Shown in pieces: positions 1-9,246 of a DNA stretch of 64,000 nt. Within the stretch, counting starts at the first letter, position 1. Each line of letters starts with the position of its first letter. This stretch comes from an uncultured virus (IMG/VR IMGVR_UViG_3300042988_001414) (Duplodnaviria; Heunggongvirae; Uroviricota; Caudoviricetes): the IMG/VR virus record IMGVR_UViG_3300042988_001414; one strand, given 5' to 3'. The translations under genes and the position numbers were made by a program. Below the pieces are notes generated by a model. It ran no database searches, was not told the DNA's origin, and saw nothing but the letters and a program-made list of their open reading frames with translations.

Positions 1-691
1 GGTCTTCCTTCGAGACCTTCGCGTTGATGTCGCTGGTCGCGACGAGGTGGCCGCCGCCGTTCTTCGCGCTGTAGTAGGCCCAGTCCTGGATGGCGAACTG
101 CTTCAGCAGGTGCCAGAGCGCGATGGCTCGCCAGACGCCGAACGCCCACGGTCGAGAGGTGCCGTACGGCGTGTAGAGGATCCACTTCCCGTCACCCGGG
201 ACGACGTCCTCGATGCCGCCGCCGGCGACCTTCACCGTCCAGACGCGGCGGTCCCAGTCGTAGCGGAGGTGCCGCGGGTTCCAGACTTCGATCTTCGGAA
301 CGATGCGATCGACGTTCGTGCGAACGGTCCACACGATCCGGGCGAGCCCGACGCCGAGCAGGATGCCCCAGTTCAGGAGCTGCGATAGCGCGGTCTCATC
401 GAAGGCGACCCACCAATCCTCGTCCGCTTCGAGCGCCTTGATCGCTCGCTTCGAGCCTGTTCGAGCGGCCTCGAATCGGATGGGTAGCGCAACGAGACCC
501 TTCGTGCGCGTGGAGAGTGCCGCCTGCACGCGGTCGTCGCCCATGGCCGACTCGCAGAAGTCGGCGGCGAGCTCCAGGTTGCCCGCGTCCGCCATCGCGC
601 GCGCAGCACGGATGAGCGGCGGCGTCCACTCCAGGAGTCGTCGTGTTGACGTCGGCTCAAGGAAGACTGCAACGTCCGGTTTGTCAGCCAT
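1..691 (-). CDS. Portal protein, DUF935/Mu gp29-like (runs off the window edge)
   Basis: Own translation from ATG 691: MADKPDVAVFLEPTSTRRLLEWTPPLIRAARAMADAGNLELAADFCESAMGDDRVQAALSTRTKGLVALPIRFE..., resembling the DUF935 N-terminus; downstream of terL. Confidence 0.75.
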   Translation of the reverse strand, partial: MADKPDVAVFLEPTSTRRLLEWTPPLIRAARAMADAGNLELAADFCESAMGDDRVQAALSTRTKGLVALPIRFEAARTGSKRAIKALEADEDWWVAFDETALSQLLNWGILLGVGLARIVWTVRTNVDRIVPKIEVWNPRHLRYDWDRRVWTVKVAGGGIEDVVPGDGKWILYTPYGTSRPWAFGVWRAIALWHLLKQFAIQDWAYYSAKNGGGHLVATSDINAKVSKED

Positions 692-697
692 GAGCTA

Positions 698-730
698 GTC
701 TCGACTCGATAGGTGTCGAGCGACCTTCGT
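698..730 (-). repeat. Dispersed palindromic repeat, copy A (inverted)
   Basis: Reverse complement ACGAAGGTCGCTCGACACCTATCGAGTCGAGAC is identical to 20998-21030. Confidence 0.9.
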
Positions 731-740
731 GGAGGTTTGC

Positions 741-932
741 ATGGAGCTTTCGGTCAACCTCGGTGTCGACGTGCGATGCGTGACGTGCGGTCGAGCGCGG
801 GACTTGCCCGATAGCTCCGAGCGGGTGGTGGAGTCCGACGGCGTTCTCTATGCCGAGTCGGCAGAGCGCTGCCTGTGCGGGTCGCGGTCGGTTCGGATCC
901 GAACGATCATCGGTTCGAGCCCCCACCGATGA
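741..932 (+). CDS. Small Zn-ribbon-like protein, antisense to the late operon
   Basis: GGAGG at 731-735, ATG at 741; CVTC...CLC motifs. Confidence 0.45.
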   Translation: MELSVNLGVDVRCVTCGRARDLPDSSERVVESDGVLYAESAERCLCGSRSVRIRTIIGSSPHR

Positions 933-2535
933 GCACCTCGTTGTCGTCCAGCGGCGTGCTCATGACGGCCCAGGCGATTGCGTGAGCCATGATGAGATCA
1001 TCGTGGTCGCCGTAGGCAGCCTCTGGTCGGCCAGAGCTCGTGACGATGAAGCGAAGCATCTCCGCCAGCGTCTCCTTGTCCGGCGAGACCCAGTGACCTT
1101 CGCGGTGCGCGTCGAGTAGGCCTTCTAGGCTCGTAGCTCTCGACACTGGGTTCGAGTTCCATCCAGCCTTGCCGGTGTGGTCTCGATAGAGGTTTGCGTA
1201 GTGGAGGTTCTCGCTCAGTGCTTGGAGCACGGCGTGGCCGTGGTTGTTGCGCTCCACAACGACGAGAGCTGAGTTGTACTCGAGCCCGAGCGCCGCAATG
1301 TGCCGGCCCATCTCCCAGGTCGAGAACTGACCGTGGAGCGTGGCCACGTGCCGACCCGTTGCCCGCTCGTACACGACGGCGGCGCCTGGGTCTCCGCCGA
1401 CGCCCTCCGAGGGGTCGACAGACACAACGTACTCAACGCCAGGCCTCGGAAGCTCCCAGATGCGGATGCATCCGACGGCTCCCTCTCGGCCCACCGTCCT
1501 GGTCTCAACGGGGTCTGTTGCCTTCCCGATGAGGGACTTCGTCACCGCAACGTCGAAGAACGCTCGGCCGCTCGTCAGCCAGCACGTGTCTTCGTCGAGC
1601 GGGTACTCTTGGTCGACGAGGTCCTGGCTCTTCTTGTCGGCGACCTTCCTCCGGTACCACTTGAGCTGTTCTGCGGTACCGCCGGCCCTGACGATGGCTT
1701 GCTCTCGGTCCGTCTCCGGGAGAACAATCTCACCCGGTTCAAGAGCGACGGCGTATTCGGACTGCTCAAGCCAGCTGAAGAAGCGGGCCTCGAACGAGGA
1801 TTGCCCAGCGCGCGCTGACTTGTACGCCTCGTAGAACCAGCCCTGTGCGCCGTTCGCCGTCGACTCGAGAACGATCTCCGTCCCGAACTCCGGCCCAGGC
1901 ACGCACTCGAGTAGCGCGTTGAGCGTCTCGTCCGCGTGCTCGAAGAACGCGAGCTCGGTGACGTGCAGCCGGTGAATGGTGCCAGATCGGCCCTTCTTGG
2001 CTGCGCTGGCGGCGCTCGCTCCGGCTCCGATGATCTTGATGCTCGCGTCTCGCGCCGGAAGCAGCCAGCGCGTCGTGGCGGCGTCGAGTCCGGGGATCAC
2101 GATGCCCGCATCCCGAAGGGACTCGAACATCACGCGGAGCTTGTCGGCGATCTCTTTGATCGCCGCGTCGTCGCTCATCGACTGCACGACGATGACGACG
2201 CGCGCACCTCGGCGCGTCAGGAAGTACCAGACGTCCCTTGCGAGCTCCCAGGTTGTGAGGCCGACCTGGCGCGGCTTGAGGACGATGTCGCGTCCGTTCT
2301 TCGAACGCGTCGCCTCGAACGCTGCTTGAATGGCGTTCGGCCGAAGCTTCCGCCGCTGACCCCCCTTCGGGATGATGTCGAGCTGCGCGGCAAAGCCGAC
2401 GAAGTCGTCCTTCCACCGATCGAGATCAGTCGTCGGAGCCTCGACCCTCACTTCCGCCGGTGGGCTCTTCGGCAAGCACGCTGCCCGAAGGCGCTGCATG
2501 CGGCGGATCTTCGCGACGATCGCTAGTGCTGACAC
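907..2535 (-). CDS. terL: Terminase large subunit
   Basis: Walker A-like LKPRQVGLTT, LHVTELAF, ESTANG; nuclease motifs VSVDPSEG, VERNNHG, HDDLIMA. Confidence 0.95.
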   Translation of the reverse strand: MSALAIVAKIRRMQRLRAACLPKSPPAEVRVEAPTTDLDRWKDDFVGFAAQLDIIPKGGQRRKLRPNAIQAAFEATRSKNGRDIVLKPRQVGLTTWELARDVWYFLTRRGARVVIVVQSMSDDAAIKEIADKLRVMFESLRDAGIVIPGLDAATTRWLLPARDASIKIIGAGASAASAAKKGRSGTIHRLHVTELAFFEHADETLNALLECVPGPEFGTEIVLESTANGAQGWFYEAYKSARAGQSSFEARFFSWLEQSEYAVALEPGEIVLPETDREQAIVRAGGTAEQLKWYRRKVADKKSQDLVDQEYPLDEDTCWLTSGRAFFDVAVTKSLIGKATDPVETRTVGREGAVGCIRIWELPRPGVEYVVSVDPSEGVGGDPGAAVVYERATGRHVATLHGQFSTWEMGRHIAALGLEYNSALVVVERNNHGHAVLQALSENLHYANLYRDHTGKAGWNSNPVSRATSLEGLLDAHREGHWVSPDKETLAEMLRFIVTSSGRPEAAYGDHDDLIMAHAIAWAVMSTPLDDNEVLIGGGSNR

Positions 2536-2869
2536 CCAATGCCTCGCGTGCGATCTCGAGTTCTCCGACTACTCGTAGAGCCTCGGTGACATCCTTGAGA
2601 TTGCTGACCCCGGCGGCTTCGACCAGCTCCATGAGCTTCTCGAGTCCGCGTCGGAGAAACCGCGACCGCGCTACGTGCCAGCCTTGCTCGCTCTCTTTGG
2701 TCAGCCGCCGGACAATATCGGACAACTCGTGGTCTACCGACAACCGCTGTCGGTATCTTACTATTGTCCTTTCAGCTACTTGATGCCTGTCCGCTGCTGT
2801 CCTATCGCCGAGCGCAATCGCGTCCACGAGGATGCGTGCAGCTCGGTCTCTATCGAATCCGCCAGCCAT
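2426..2869 (-). CDS. Putative terminase small subunit (HTH)
   Basis: Immediately upstream of and overlapping terL; HTH-like N-terminus (AADRHQVAERTIVRYRQRL), helical body. Confidence 0.55.
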   Translation of the reverse strand: MAGGFDRDRAARILVDAIALGDRTAADRHQVAERTIVRYRQRLSVDHELSDIVRRLTKESEQGWHVARSRFLRRGLEKLMELVEAAGVSNLKDVTEALRVVGELEIAREALGVSTSDRREDPPHAAPSGSVLAEEPTGGSEGRGSDD

Positions 2870-3213
2870 GGTGCAGCCACGAGGCACGGGGAGACCCCCG
2901 GGCGGGAAGGAGAAACCCGATCCGAGAGTCTCCCCGAGACGAGGAGGGTCGACGCGCCGGCCAGTCGGGGGAACCAACCGGCGCGCTCGTAAGGGTGCTG
3001 CTCGCGTCGTCCGCCGACGGTCACGGACAGCCACGATCCGATCTCTCAGGCCCTACTTTTTATCGTTAGTTGTGCTCCACAATTGTCACTTAATAGCGAT
3101 TGCTGCCACGCAATCGGCCCTAGGACGCCGTTTCGGAGTCGGGATAGGTCAGCGGCCGTCCAGACACCCAAACGGCGCTCCTGGCATGGCGGGCGCGGCG
3201 GGGACGCCGGGCG

Positions 3214-3552
3214 TCAGAGTTGATCCCCGATGCTCTCGATCGCCACCCCCAGGGCGGTGGTCAGCTTCCGGAGCCGGCGCTGCTCGGCCTCGACTGCCTC
3301 GACCCGGTCCTTCAGTTCCGAGATCGCGTCGTCAGGGCTGGTGAACCACTGGGGGGCCACGCGCTGGAGGTTGGCGAGCGTGACCGTCCATCGGGCGTGT
3401 TTGCCCTTCCCGCCGATGTTGTGCAGGAGTTTGCCGCCGGCTTCGGCATTCAGCCGAAGGAGGTGACGCCGCATGCGCGGCCCGTCCCATCCGGCGATGG
3501 CCGCAACCTCTGGCATCGTGAGGACCTTGCCGAGCTTCGGCTGGGCGCTCAT
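3214..3552 (-). CDS. HTH DNA-binding protein with coiled-coil tail
   Basis: LTMPEVAAIAGW HTH-like start; translationally coupled to the upstream gene. Confidence 0.55.
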   Translation of the reverse strand: MSAQPKLGKVLTMPEVAAIAGWDGPRMRRHLLRLNAEAGGKLLHNIGGKGKHARWTVTLANLQRVAPQWFTSPDDAISELKDRVEAVEAEQRRLRKLTTALGVAIESIGDQL

Positions 3553-4331
3553 GACGCAACCTCATCGTCGACGTAGAGCAAGGCAGCGAGCTTGGCGATC
3601 GCCCCGGTGCGGTGCTCGTCGGTGAAGCCGAGGTCCTGTCGCGTTGCCTTGATCTTGGCGCGCACGCGCTCAGAGGCTCGGATGAGTCGCTGGCTCTCAC
3701 GTTGGGCGTCCTGGTCCTCGCGAGCTCGTCGCTTCGCTCTGGACTCGGACACGACCTGGGCGAACGCCCTCAGCGAGAGATCGCGTTTCGCCTGGCAGTC
3801 GTTCCGGACCTCGGCGAGGAATCGGCTGGAGGCATCGCCGCGGCCGGCTTCGAAGGCGAGGAAGTCCAAGACCGCATCGTGGGTCGGTGGACGATTCGGG
3901 TACCGGCGAGCGAAGGCCGACCGCGTCCGGTCCTGGAGGATCGCCAACCGAACGAAGGACCCGTGCCCCTCGGTCGGTGATAGCGCAACGCGCAGCAGGC
4001 CTAGCTTGTCGGCCTTGAGGTTGCGGTCCTGGACAAGGCCAACGGCGCGCCCGGACGATCGGAGCGCGCTCTCATCGGCCGAGAACGTGTCGGTGCCGAA
4101 CGCGTAGACGAGTTGCAGCCTCGACCGGTGCCCCGGATCGAGATCCCGAAGCATCGCGTCGACGTCCACCCATCGGGCGCGCGCGTGCACGGCTCCCGCT
4201 GACATGATGATCTCTTCGGGCGCAACGTTGCCGCCCTGAACCATCGGCTCGTAGCGTTGCGCCTTGACCCCGATTGCCGACGTGAAGTGCTCCGAGAGCA
4301 TGCGGTCGGCCTCGACCATTGAGCGATCCAT
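3549..4331 (-). CDS. Hypothetical protein, possible late-gene regulator
   Basis: GAGGAG RBS before ATG 4331; position at the end of the early operon just before the terminase. Confidence 0.5.
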   Translation of the reverse strand: MDRSMVEADRMLSEHFTSAIGVKAQRYEPMVQGGNVAPEEIIMSAGAVHARARWVDVDAMLRDLDPGHRSRLQLVYAFGTDTFSADESALRSSGRAVGLVQDRNLKADKLGLLRVALSPTEGHGSFVRLAILQDRTRSAFARRYPNRPPTHDAVLDFLAFEAGRGDASSRFLAEVRNDCQAKRDLSLRAFAQVVSESRAKRRAREDQDAQRESQRLIRASERVRAKIKATRQDLGFTDEHRTGAIAKLAALLYVDDEVAS

Positions 4332-4532
4332 CGTCTCCTCCTTGCCCGCGACCCGCGCGGACTGTACGGTTTGCCTCACCACGCGAGGCGGAGACCATCG
4401 CTCGGAACCCCACTCGATGCCCAGTCGAGTGGGGTTTGCTTCTTTGTGGTCCTCACGGTTGCAGATTGCAAGCTCTCTCGAGAGCTGCACGGAGCACGCT
4501 CGCAGGATCGCGCACCCGTCGGCACCACGACG

Positions 4533-4781
4533 TCACGGCCGCTCCGACCACATGACAGAAGCATCGACCCACCGAAACGGCTCGGTGAACTCGTGGACGA
4601 TCTCTCCGCGCAGCATGCCGGTGGCCATGGGGTTGGTCGTGCGGTCAACACGGAACGTCGTCTTGATGCTCGCCAAAGGAATCCACCCAACGTCGGGGAT
4701 GGTCTCCGGGAGCGGCCATCCAAGCGCGCGCAGCTGTCCGGCCGTGATGCACGTCGTCTCGTCAAACTCGATGTTCACCAC
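4533..4781 (-). CDS. Hypothetical protein
   Basis: ORF track; coupled within the operon. Confidence 0.45.
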   Translation of the reverse strand: MVNIEFDETTCITAGQLRALGWPLPETIPDVGWIPLASIKTTFRVDRTTNPMATGMLRGEIVHEFTEPFRWVDASVMWSERP

Positions 4782-4981
4782 TCTGCTCCTCGCTTTCGGA
4801 TCATGTCCCGTAGCTTCGCGATGGCGCGCGCCTCGATGAGCTGACTCCCTCCATGGGAGATGCCGAGGCGGCGCGCGATCTCGCGATGGGAGAGCACGCG
4901 GCCGCGATCGGTGAGCATCGCTTCGAGCTCACGCAGCGCGGCCTCTTCGTTCGGCGTCACTGGTTCGGTGTCGCTCATCAT
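4775..4981 (-). CDS. Sigma70 region 4-like HTH protein
   Basis: LSHREIARRLGISHGGSQLIEARAIAKLR matches the sigma r4 pattern. Confidence 0.7.
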   Translation of the reverse strand: MMSDTEPVTPNEEAALRELEAMLTDRGRVLSHREIARRLGISHGGSQLIEARAIAKLRDMIRKRGAEW

Positions 4982-5200
4982 CCGGGTCCCCTGCGCCGCA
5001 CGTAGGAGAGCATCAGGCGATGCGAGGAGAACAAGCGCAACCCCGAAGGCCGCCGAGTCGCGCCCCACTCGCGAGCTTGCGCGCGAACCTCGGCAGCCGA
5101 CAGATCCGTCGCTACGCGACCGTGTTCGTGCGGCCCGAGATCGAAGACGTCGCAAACGTTGCAGTAGAAGTCTGGGGACATGTTCATCGCTGCTCCGTTG

Positions 5201-5629
5201 CTAGTACGTGCGCAGGTACGGGCCAAAGAGCTCTTTTTCTAGAGCCTCTATGAGCACGTTCCGCGTCTTGGCTTCTTCGGATCGGAGGATCCTCCCCGCC
5301 ATTGACACCACGTGCATCTGCTTCTCGATCTTCGAGATGAGCGGCCACGGCTTAGTGCTCCACCCTTCGAAGAGCCACACCGAGAGGCATGCGCGAGCCC
5401 AGCACATCATGGGCGGATTGCTCCCTGCAAACTCCTTGGTCGCTCGTATGAACTCTTCCACCTCCGAGAACTTGGCTACCAGCAAGAAGGCGAGCTTTGG
5501 CGTCTCGACACCCATCTCGTGCATCGCGTCGGACAGCACGACGGCCGCGTCTGGATCCTCTGCACCTTGGATGGCGAGCGCGATCAAGTCGTAGCGGCGT
5601 TGCTCTTCGCTGAGGAGGGGTGTCGTCAT
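5201..5629 (-). CDS. Hypothetical protein
   Basis: ORF track; coupled start/stop; protein-like composition. Confidence 0.55.
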   Translation of the reverse strand: MTTPLLSEEQRRYDLIALAIQGAEDPDAAVVLSDAMHEMGVETPKLAFLLVAKFSEVEEFIRATKEFAGSNPPMMCWARACLSVWLFEGWSTKPWPLISKIEKQMHVVSMAGRILRSEEAKTRNVLIEALEKELFGPYLRTY

Positions 5630-5813
5630 CGCTCACCTCTCAGCGTCGCGCGCATCTTGTCGCGCCGTTCCTTCTCCGCCACGCGCTCGATGTAGACCTT
5701 CATCTCGTGCATCAGATCCTCGATGCGAGCAAGTTCCTCCGGCGCGAGCGACTTCAACTCCAAGGTCTGACCGTTGGTCAGGCCGCGGTGTTCGAATGCA
5801 ATCGTGAACCTCG

Positions 5814-6050
5814 TCATCGCACCAACCTCCCAGTCGCCCACCGCGCCGCTTGTTCGATGTTCCACCGACGCACAGCAGCCTGCGCGTCTTCGAGAACGAC
5901 CCATGCAGGCGTGTACGCTCGAAGGATGCCTTCCTCGAGAAGCAGGTCGGCGAGCACGAGCGCGTCGTCCTCCCACTCCGACGTTCGAAAGATCTCGGGG
6001 TAGGCACCTTTCCGGACCTTCCGCGTGAGCTCTTCGAGGTCCCGCCTCAT
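5814..6050 (-). CDS. Hypothetical protein
   Basis: ORF track; ATGA overlap with the RusA-like gene. Confidence 0.5.
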   Translation of the reverse strand: MRRDLEELTRKVRKGAYPEIFRTSEWEDDALVLADLLLEEGILRAYTPAWVVLEDAQAAVRRWNIEQAARWATGRLVR

Positions 6051-6652
6051 CGCAGCAACCTCCTCGCCTCGCTTACGGTCAGCGCAGGCACGCTAGGACT
6101 TGTGCCGATGATCGCGTCGCACTCCGCCTCGGCGTTGACGACCACCTTCTTTGGTTGGGAGTGGGTCACCAGGTAGCGATGGATCTCCACCTCGACTCGG
6201 GGGTTGTCCGGGTCCGGAGGCTGAAGCGCAATCCCAACACCGCGCACGTAGCGGTCGTCGCGATAGGTGACGCCGTTGCAGGCATCTTCGATCGACTTGA
6301 GAACGTTGGATGCGTCCGCGCCGGCGTCCCAGTGCGTGCGGTACACCTTGATGACCATCGAGAAGCGGTCCTTCGTCGACCACGCCCATCGCGATTGGTT
6401 GACGGCGATCTGAGCGATGGTGCGGACCTTCTCTTCGTAGGCTCTGGTCTTCTCGGGGGTCACTGCGCGCGTGATGACCGTGCCGTTCGGATTCACCTTG
6501 CGGAAGACTCGCGCTCGTTCCTTCCCGACGGGCTCGCCCGGAATGGTGAACCGCAGAGTCGTCGGAGCCGCTCGCCCCACGGCGACCTTCTCGCTTGCGC
6601 AGCGCGCGAGCTCCCCCAGCGTTGCCTTCACACCCTCTGATGTCTTGCTCAC
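6047..6652 (-). CDS. rusA: RusA-family Holliday junction resolvase
   Basis: FTIPGEPVGKERAR, DASNVLKSIEDACNGVTYRDDRYV, PRVEVEI. Confidence 0.9.
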   Translation of the reverse strand: MSKTSEGVKATLGELARCASEKVAVGRAAPTTLRFTIPGEPVGKERARVFRKVNPNGTVITRAVTPEKTRAYEEKVRTIAQIAVNQSRWAWSTKDRFSMVIKVYRTHWDAGADASNVLKSIEDACNGVTYRDDRYVRGVGIALQPPDPDNPRVEVEIHRYLVTHSQPKKVVVNAEAECDAIIGTSPSVPALTVSEARRLLR

Positions 6653-6957
6653 GTTCGCTCTCCTCGCTCTCTCCGCCGACGCGTTCGTGCGAACGGGCAG
6701 TCGTACTCGTGGCGTGTGATCGATCGATGGTTGCGTCGCTCAACGACTTCACGTCGTCGCAGATGGTAGGTCAGTTCGATGGTGATCGATCCTGATGCTG
6801 ACGCCACCGACCATGGTGGATCCAGACCATCGGGGCCCTCGTATCCGGCGATGCGGCAAGACACGCCGTCGATCTCGATGGCGGTCGATGCGTCGCACGT
6901 GACGAGGTCTTCGAGCTCGGCGGGCGTTCCGTCTTCGCGCACAAGTCGAAGCTTCAC
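6649..6957 (-). CDS. Hypothetical protein
   Basis: ORF track; coupled. Confidence 0.45.
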   Translation of the reverse strand: MKLRLVREDGTPAELEDLVTCDASTAIEIDGVSCRIAGYEGPDGLDPPWSVASASGSITIELTYHLRRREVVERRNHRSITRHEYDCPFARTRRRRERGERT

Positions 6958-7211
6958 GAACCACCTCGTCGTCGCTCATCGACTGCACGACGATGACGTT
7001 GCGCGCCCATCCATTCGACTTCAGTAATTCCGTCGACCGTTCTAGGGACGTACCCGAACGCCGGTGCCTTGCGACACGTCTCGCGGATGAGCGTCCATGG
7101 TGATCGCGTGCGTCCAGGCCACCTCCGAGGAGTCGGGTTCGTACTAGACAGCCAGTCCTCGAACAGCCACGCAGCGAGGCACGAAGCCATGCGGGCAGCG
7201 AAGTTACTCAC
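6954..7211 (-). CDS. Hypothetical protein whose 3' end carries a terL-identical 32-mer
   Basis: ORF track; shares a CLxxWLFExW motif with 5201-5629. Confidence 0.4.
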   Translation of the reverse strand: MSNFAARMASCLAAWLFEDWLSSTNPTPRRWPGRTRSPWTLIRETCRKAPAFGYVPRTVDGITEVEWMGAQRHRRAVDERRRGGS

Positions 7212-7220
7212 GGGGACACC

Positions 7221-7583
7221 TCATTCGGCTCGTCCGTAAGTCAGACGGACGACGTAGTCGTCAGCATCGCGGGGCGCGATCCCTGTCGGGCCGTTGTCGC
7301 TGCACTCCCCGTGGTTCGAGAACCACACGCGCGTGCGAAGGCTCATTCGATACTCACCGCCCTTGTAGCCATGGAAGGTCTTTCCGACCGCTGCTTCGAG
7401 CTCCGCGAGAAACTCCGCCACCGTGGGCGCCAAGCTGTCCACGTTCACGCCGATGGCCAGATCCTCGTAGTACCCCCGATAGCTCTCGAGCCCTCCCGGG
7501 GTGAGTCGACATGGACCGTCGACGAGGACGATCGCGTCCTTCCTAAGCGGCTTGAGTAGTTCGATCAGTTCGCCAAGATTCAT
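7221..7583 (-). CDS. Conserved phage hypothetical protein
   Basis: MNLGELIELL...SYRGYYEDLA...TFHGYKGGEYRM, a motif set I recognise from phage proteins. Confidence 0.7.
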   Translation of the reverse strand: MNLGELIELLKPLRKDAIVLVDGPCRLTPGGLESYRGYYEDLAIGVNVDSLAPTVAEFLAELEAAVGKTFHGYKGGEYRMSLRTRVWFSNHGECSDNGPTGIAPRDADDYVVRLTYGRAE

Positions 7584-7608
7584 CGCTGTTGTCTCCACAT
7601 GGTTCGGA

Positions 7609-9246
7609 TCAAGCGTCGCCTTCCGGATCGAGCGATCGTCGGAACGACTGCGGGTCGTACTCCTGTCCGTCGTCGTCGATTCCGTCTTCGGGCTTCGCCA
7701 CGTGATTGCGGTTTGCTCGGCTGCTCGGTGGTCGCGACTTGGCCTGATCGGAGGTCTCCCACGGAGAGAATCTGACGAACCTCGGCTCCACGGCGAGCCA
7801 CGCAAGGCCGAGCCGGCCGTTCCTCGCCTTCGCTACGGCGAGCTTGGCGGGCTTGCCTTCCGGGAAGAGCCCGTCCTTGTCGCGCTCGCGATGGAGGATC
7901 AGCACGTTGTTCGTGTCCTGTTCGATCGAGCCGCTCTCCCGCAGGTGATGGAGTTGGGGCATCTTGCTCTTGCCGGCTTGCTTCTCGGACTCGCGACCGA
8001 TCTGCGCCAAGCCGAGCACATGGCAGTCGTAGTCATTCGCCAGGTCGCGAAGACCTCGCGACGTGTTTGCGACCTCCTGCTCACGTGACGGCTTGCGTTC
8101 GTCGGGCTTCACGAGCCCGATGTGATCGACCACGATGAGCCCAAGTCGTTTGCCTTTGGCCTGAGTCTCTCGAGAGACCTTCGACGCCATGCCTCGGATC
8201 TGGGTCAGCGTCAGGTTCTGACGAACGTTGAAGTAGATCTCCTCGCCTCGGATCTGGCGATTCACTTCCAACATCCGTTCGTACTCTGCGTCGGAAACCT
8301 CTCCGCGAAGGATCACGTCCATGTCGACCTTCGCCCGAGACGAAACCATTCGGTCCGTGAACTCGTCTTCGGTCATCTCCATGCTCACGTAGAGCACCGC
8401 GTCCGACGGACGCGCCTCATGCGCGCTGATTGCGATCTCGAGCGCTAGTGCGCTCTTCCCCACCGACGTGCGCGCTCCAAGGATCGTGACCTGTCTACGG
8501 CGAAGGCCGCCGAGGAGGAGTTCATCGACCTTCGCGAAGCCTGTCGTGAGGGCCTCGTTGGATGCAGGCGCTTGCGCCTTGCGCATCGTCCGAGAGAGCG
8601 GCACCGACACGTGCACGAACGACGCATCGCGCGCGCCCTTGCCAGCAGTGTCGCTCAGGCGAACGGCGAAGCCTGCTGCGATCTCGGATGCGTCACCCTT
8701 CGCGTTGCGAGCCTGCGTGTGCAGGTCACGCGCAAGCTCGATGAGGTGACGACGCAGCCAAGTCTCACGTACCGACTCGGCATACTCGCGGAGCTTCAGG
8801 ACTGTCGCCGGGACAGCGCTGATGATCAGCTGCTCTAGGTAGTTCAGGCCATTCGCGATCCGTTCGGACTTCTGCCGAACAAGCTCGCTATGTACCGCGG
8901 TGACGTCGCAAGGAACATCGCGCGACTTGAGAGCAAGCATCGCCGCCCAGATCGCTATGTGGGCCGGAAGGAACATCATCTCCGCGCGGTCGATCAGGTC
9001 GATCACCACGCTCGGAGTGTGCGTGTTCGGCGCGTACGTCCCGCACCAAAGCAGCGCGGCAAGTAGCGACGTCTCGGCCGGCACATCACTCGGCGGCGGC
9101 TGGCGGCCGTTCTGAGCGGCAAGGCCCATCGCCGTTTTGCGAGCGTCGGACTCAAGAGGGATCGGTGCGGCGTCATCGCCAGGATTCGCTGGAAGCGATC
9201 CATCCCGAAGACGATCGTTCTCATCGCGCGCGGTCGATTCAGACAC
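7609..9246 (-). CDS. dnaB: Replicative DNA helicase DnaB
   Basis: N-terminal PPSDVPAE, Walker A GARTSVGKS, SMEM, IVVDHIGL, LRESGSIEQD, VAKARNG; GTG start overlaps the primase stop. Confidence 0.95.
   Translation of the reverse strand: MSESTARDENDRLRDGSLPANPGDDAAPIPLESDARKTAMGLAAQNGRQPPPSDVPAETSLLAALLWCGTYAPNTHTPSVVIDLIDRAEMMFLPAHIAIWAAMLALKSRDVPCDVTAVHSELVRQKSERIANGLNYLEQLIISAVPATVLKLREYAESVRETWLRRHLIELARDLHTQARNAKGDASEIAAGFAVRLSDTAGKGARDASFVHVSVPLSRTMRKAQAPASNEALTTGFAKVDELLLGGLRRRQVTILGARTSVGKSALALEIAISAHEARPSDAVLYVSMEMTEDEFTDRMVSSRAKVDMDVILRGEVSDAEYERMLEVNRQIRGEEIYFNVRQNLTLTQIRGMASKVSRETQAKGKRLGLIVVDHIGLVKPDERKPSREQEVANTSRGLRDLANDYDCHVLGLAQIGRESEKQAGKSKMPQLHHLRESGSIEQDTNNVLILHRERDKDGLFPEGKPAKLAVAKARNGRLGLAWLAVEPRFVRFSPWETSDQAKSRPPSSRANRNHVAKPEDGIDDDGQEYDPQSFRRSLDPEGDA

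Noticed and set aside
2166..6998. Diversity-generating retroelement TR/VR pair
   Set aside because: No reverse transcriptase in the window, the repeat is short, and there is no adenine-specific mismatch pattern
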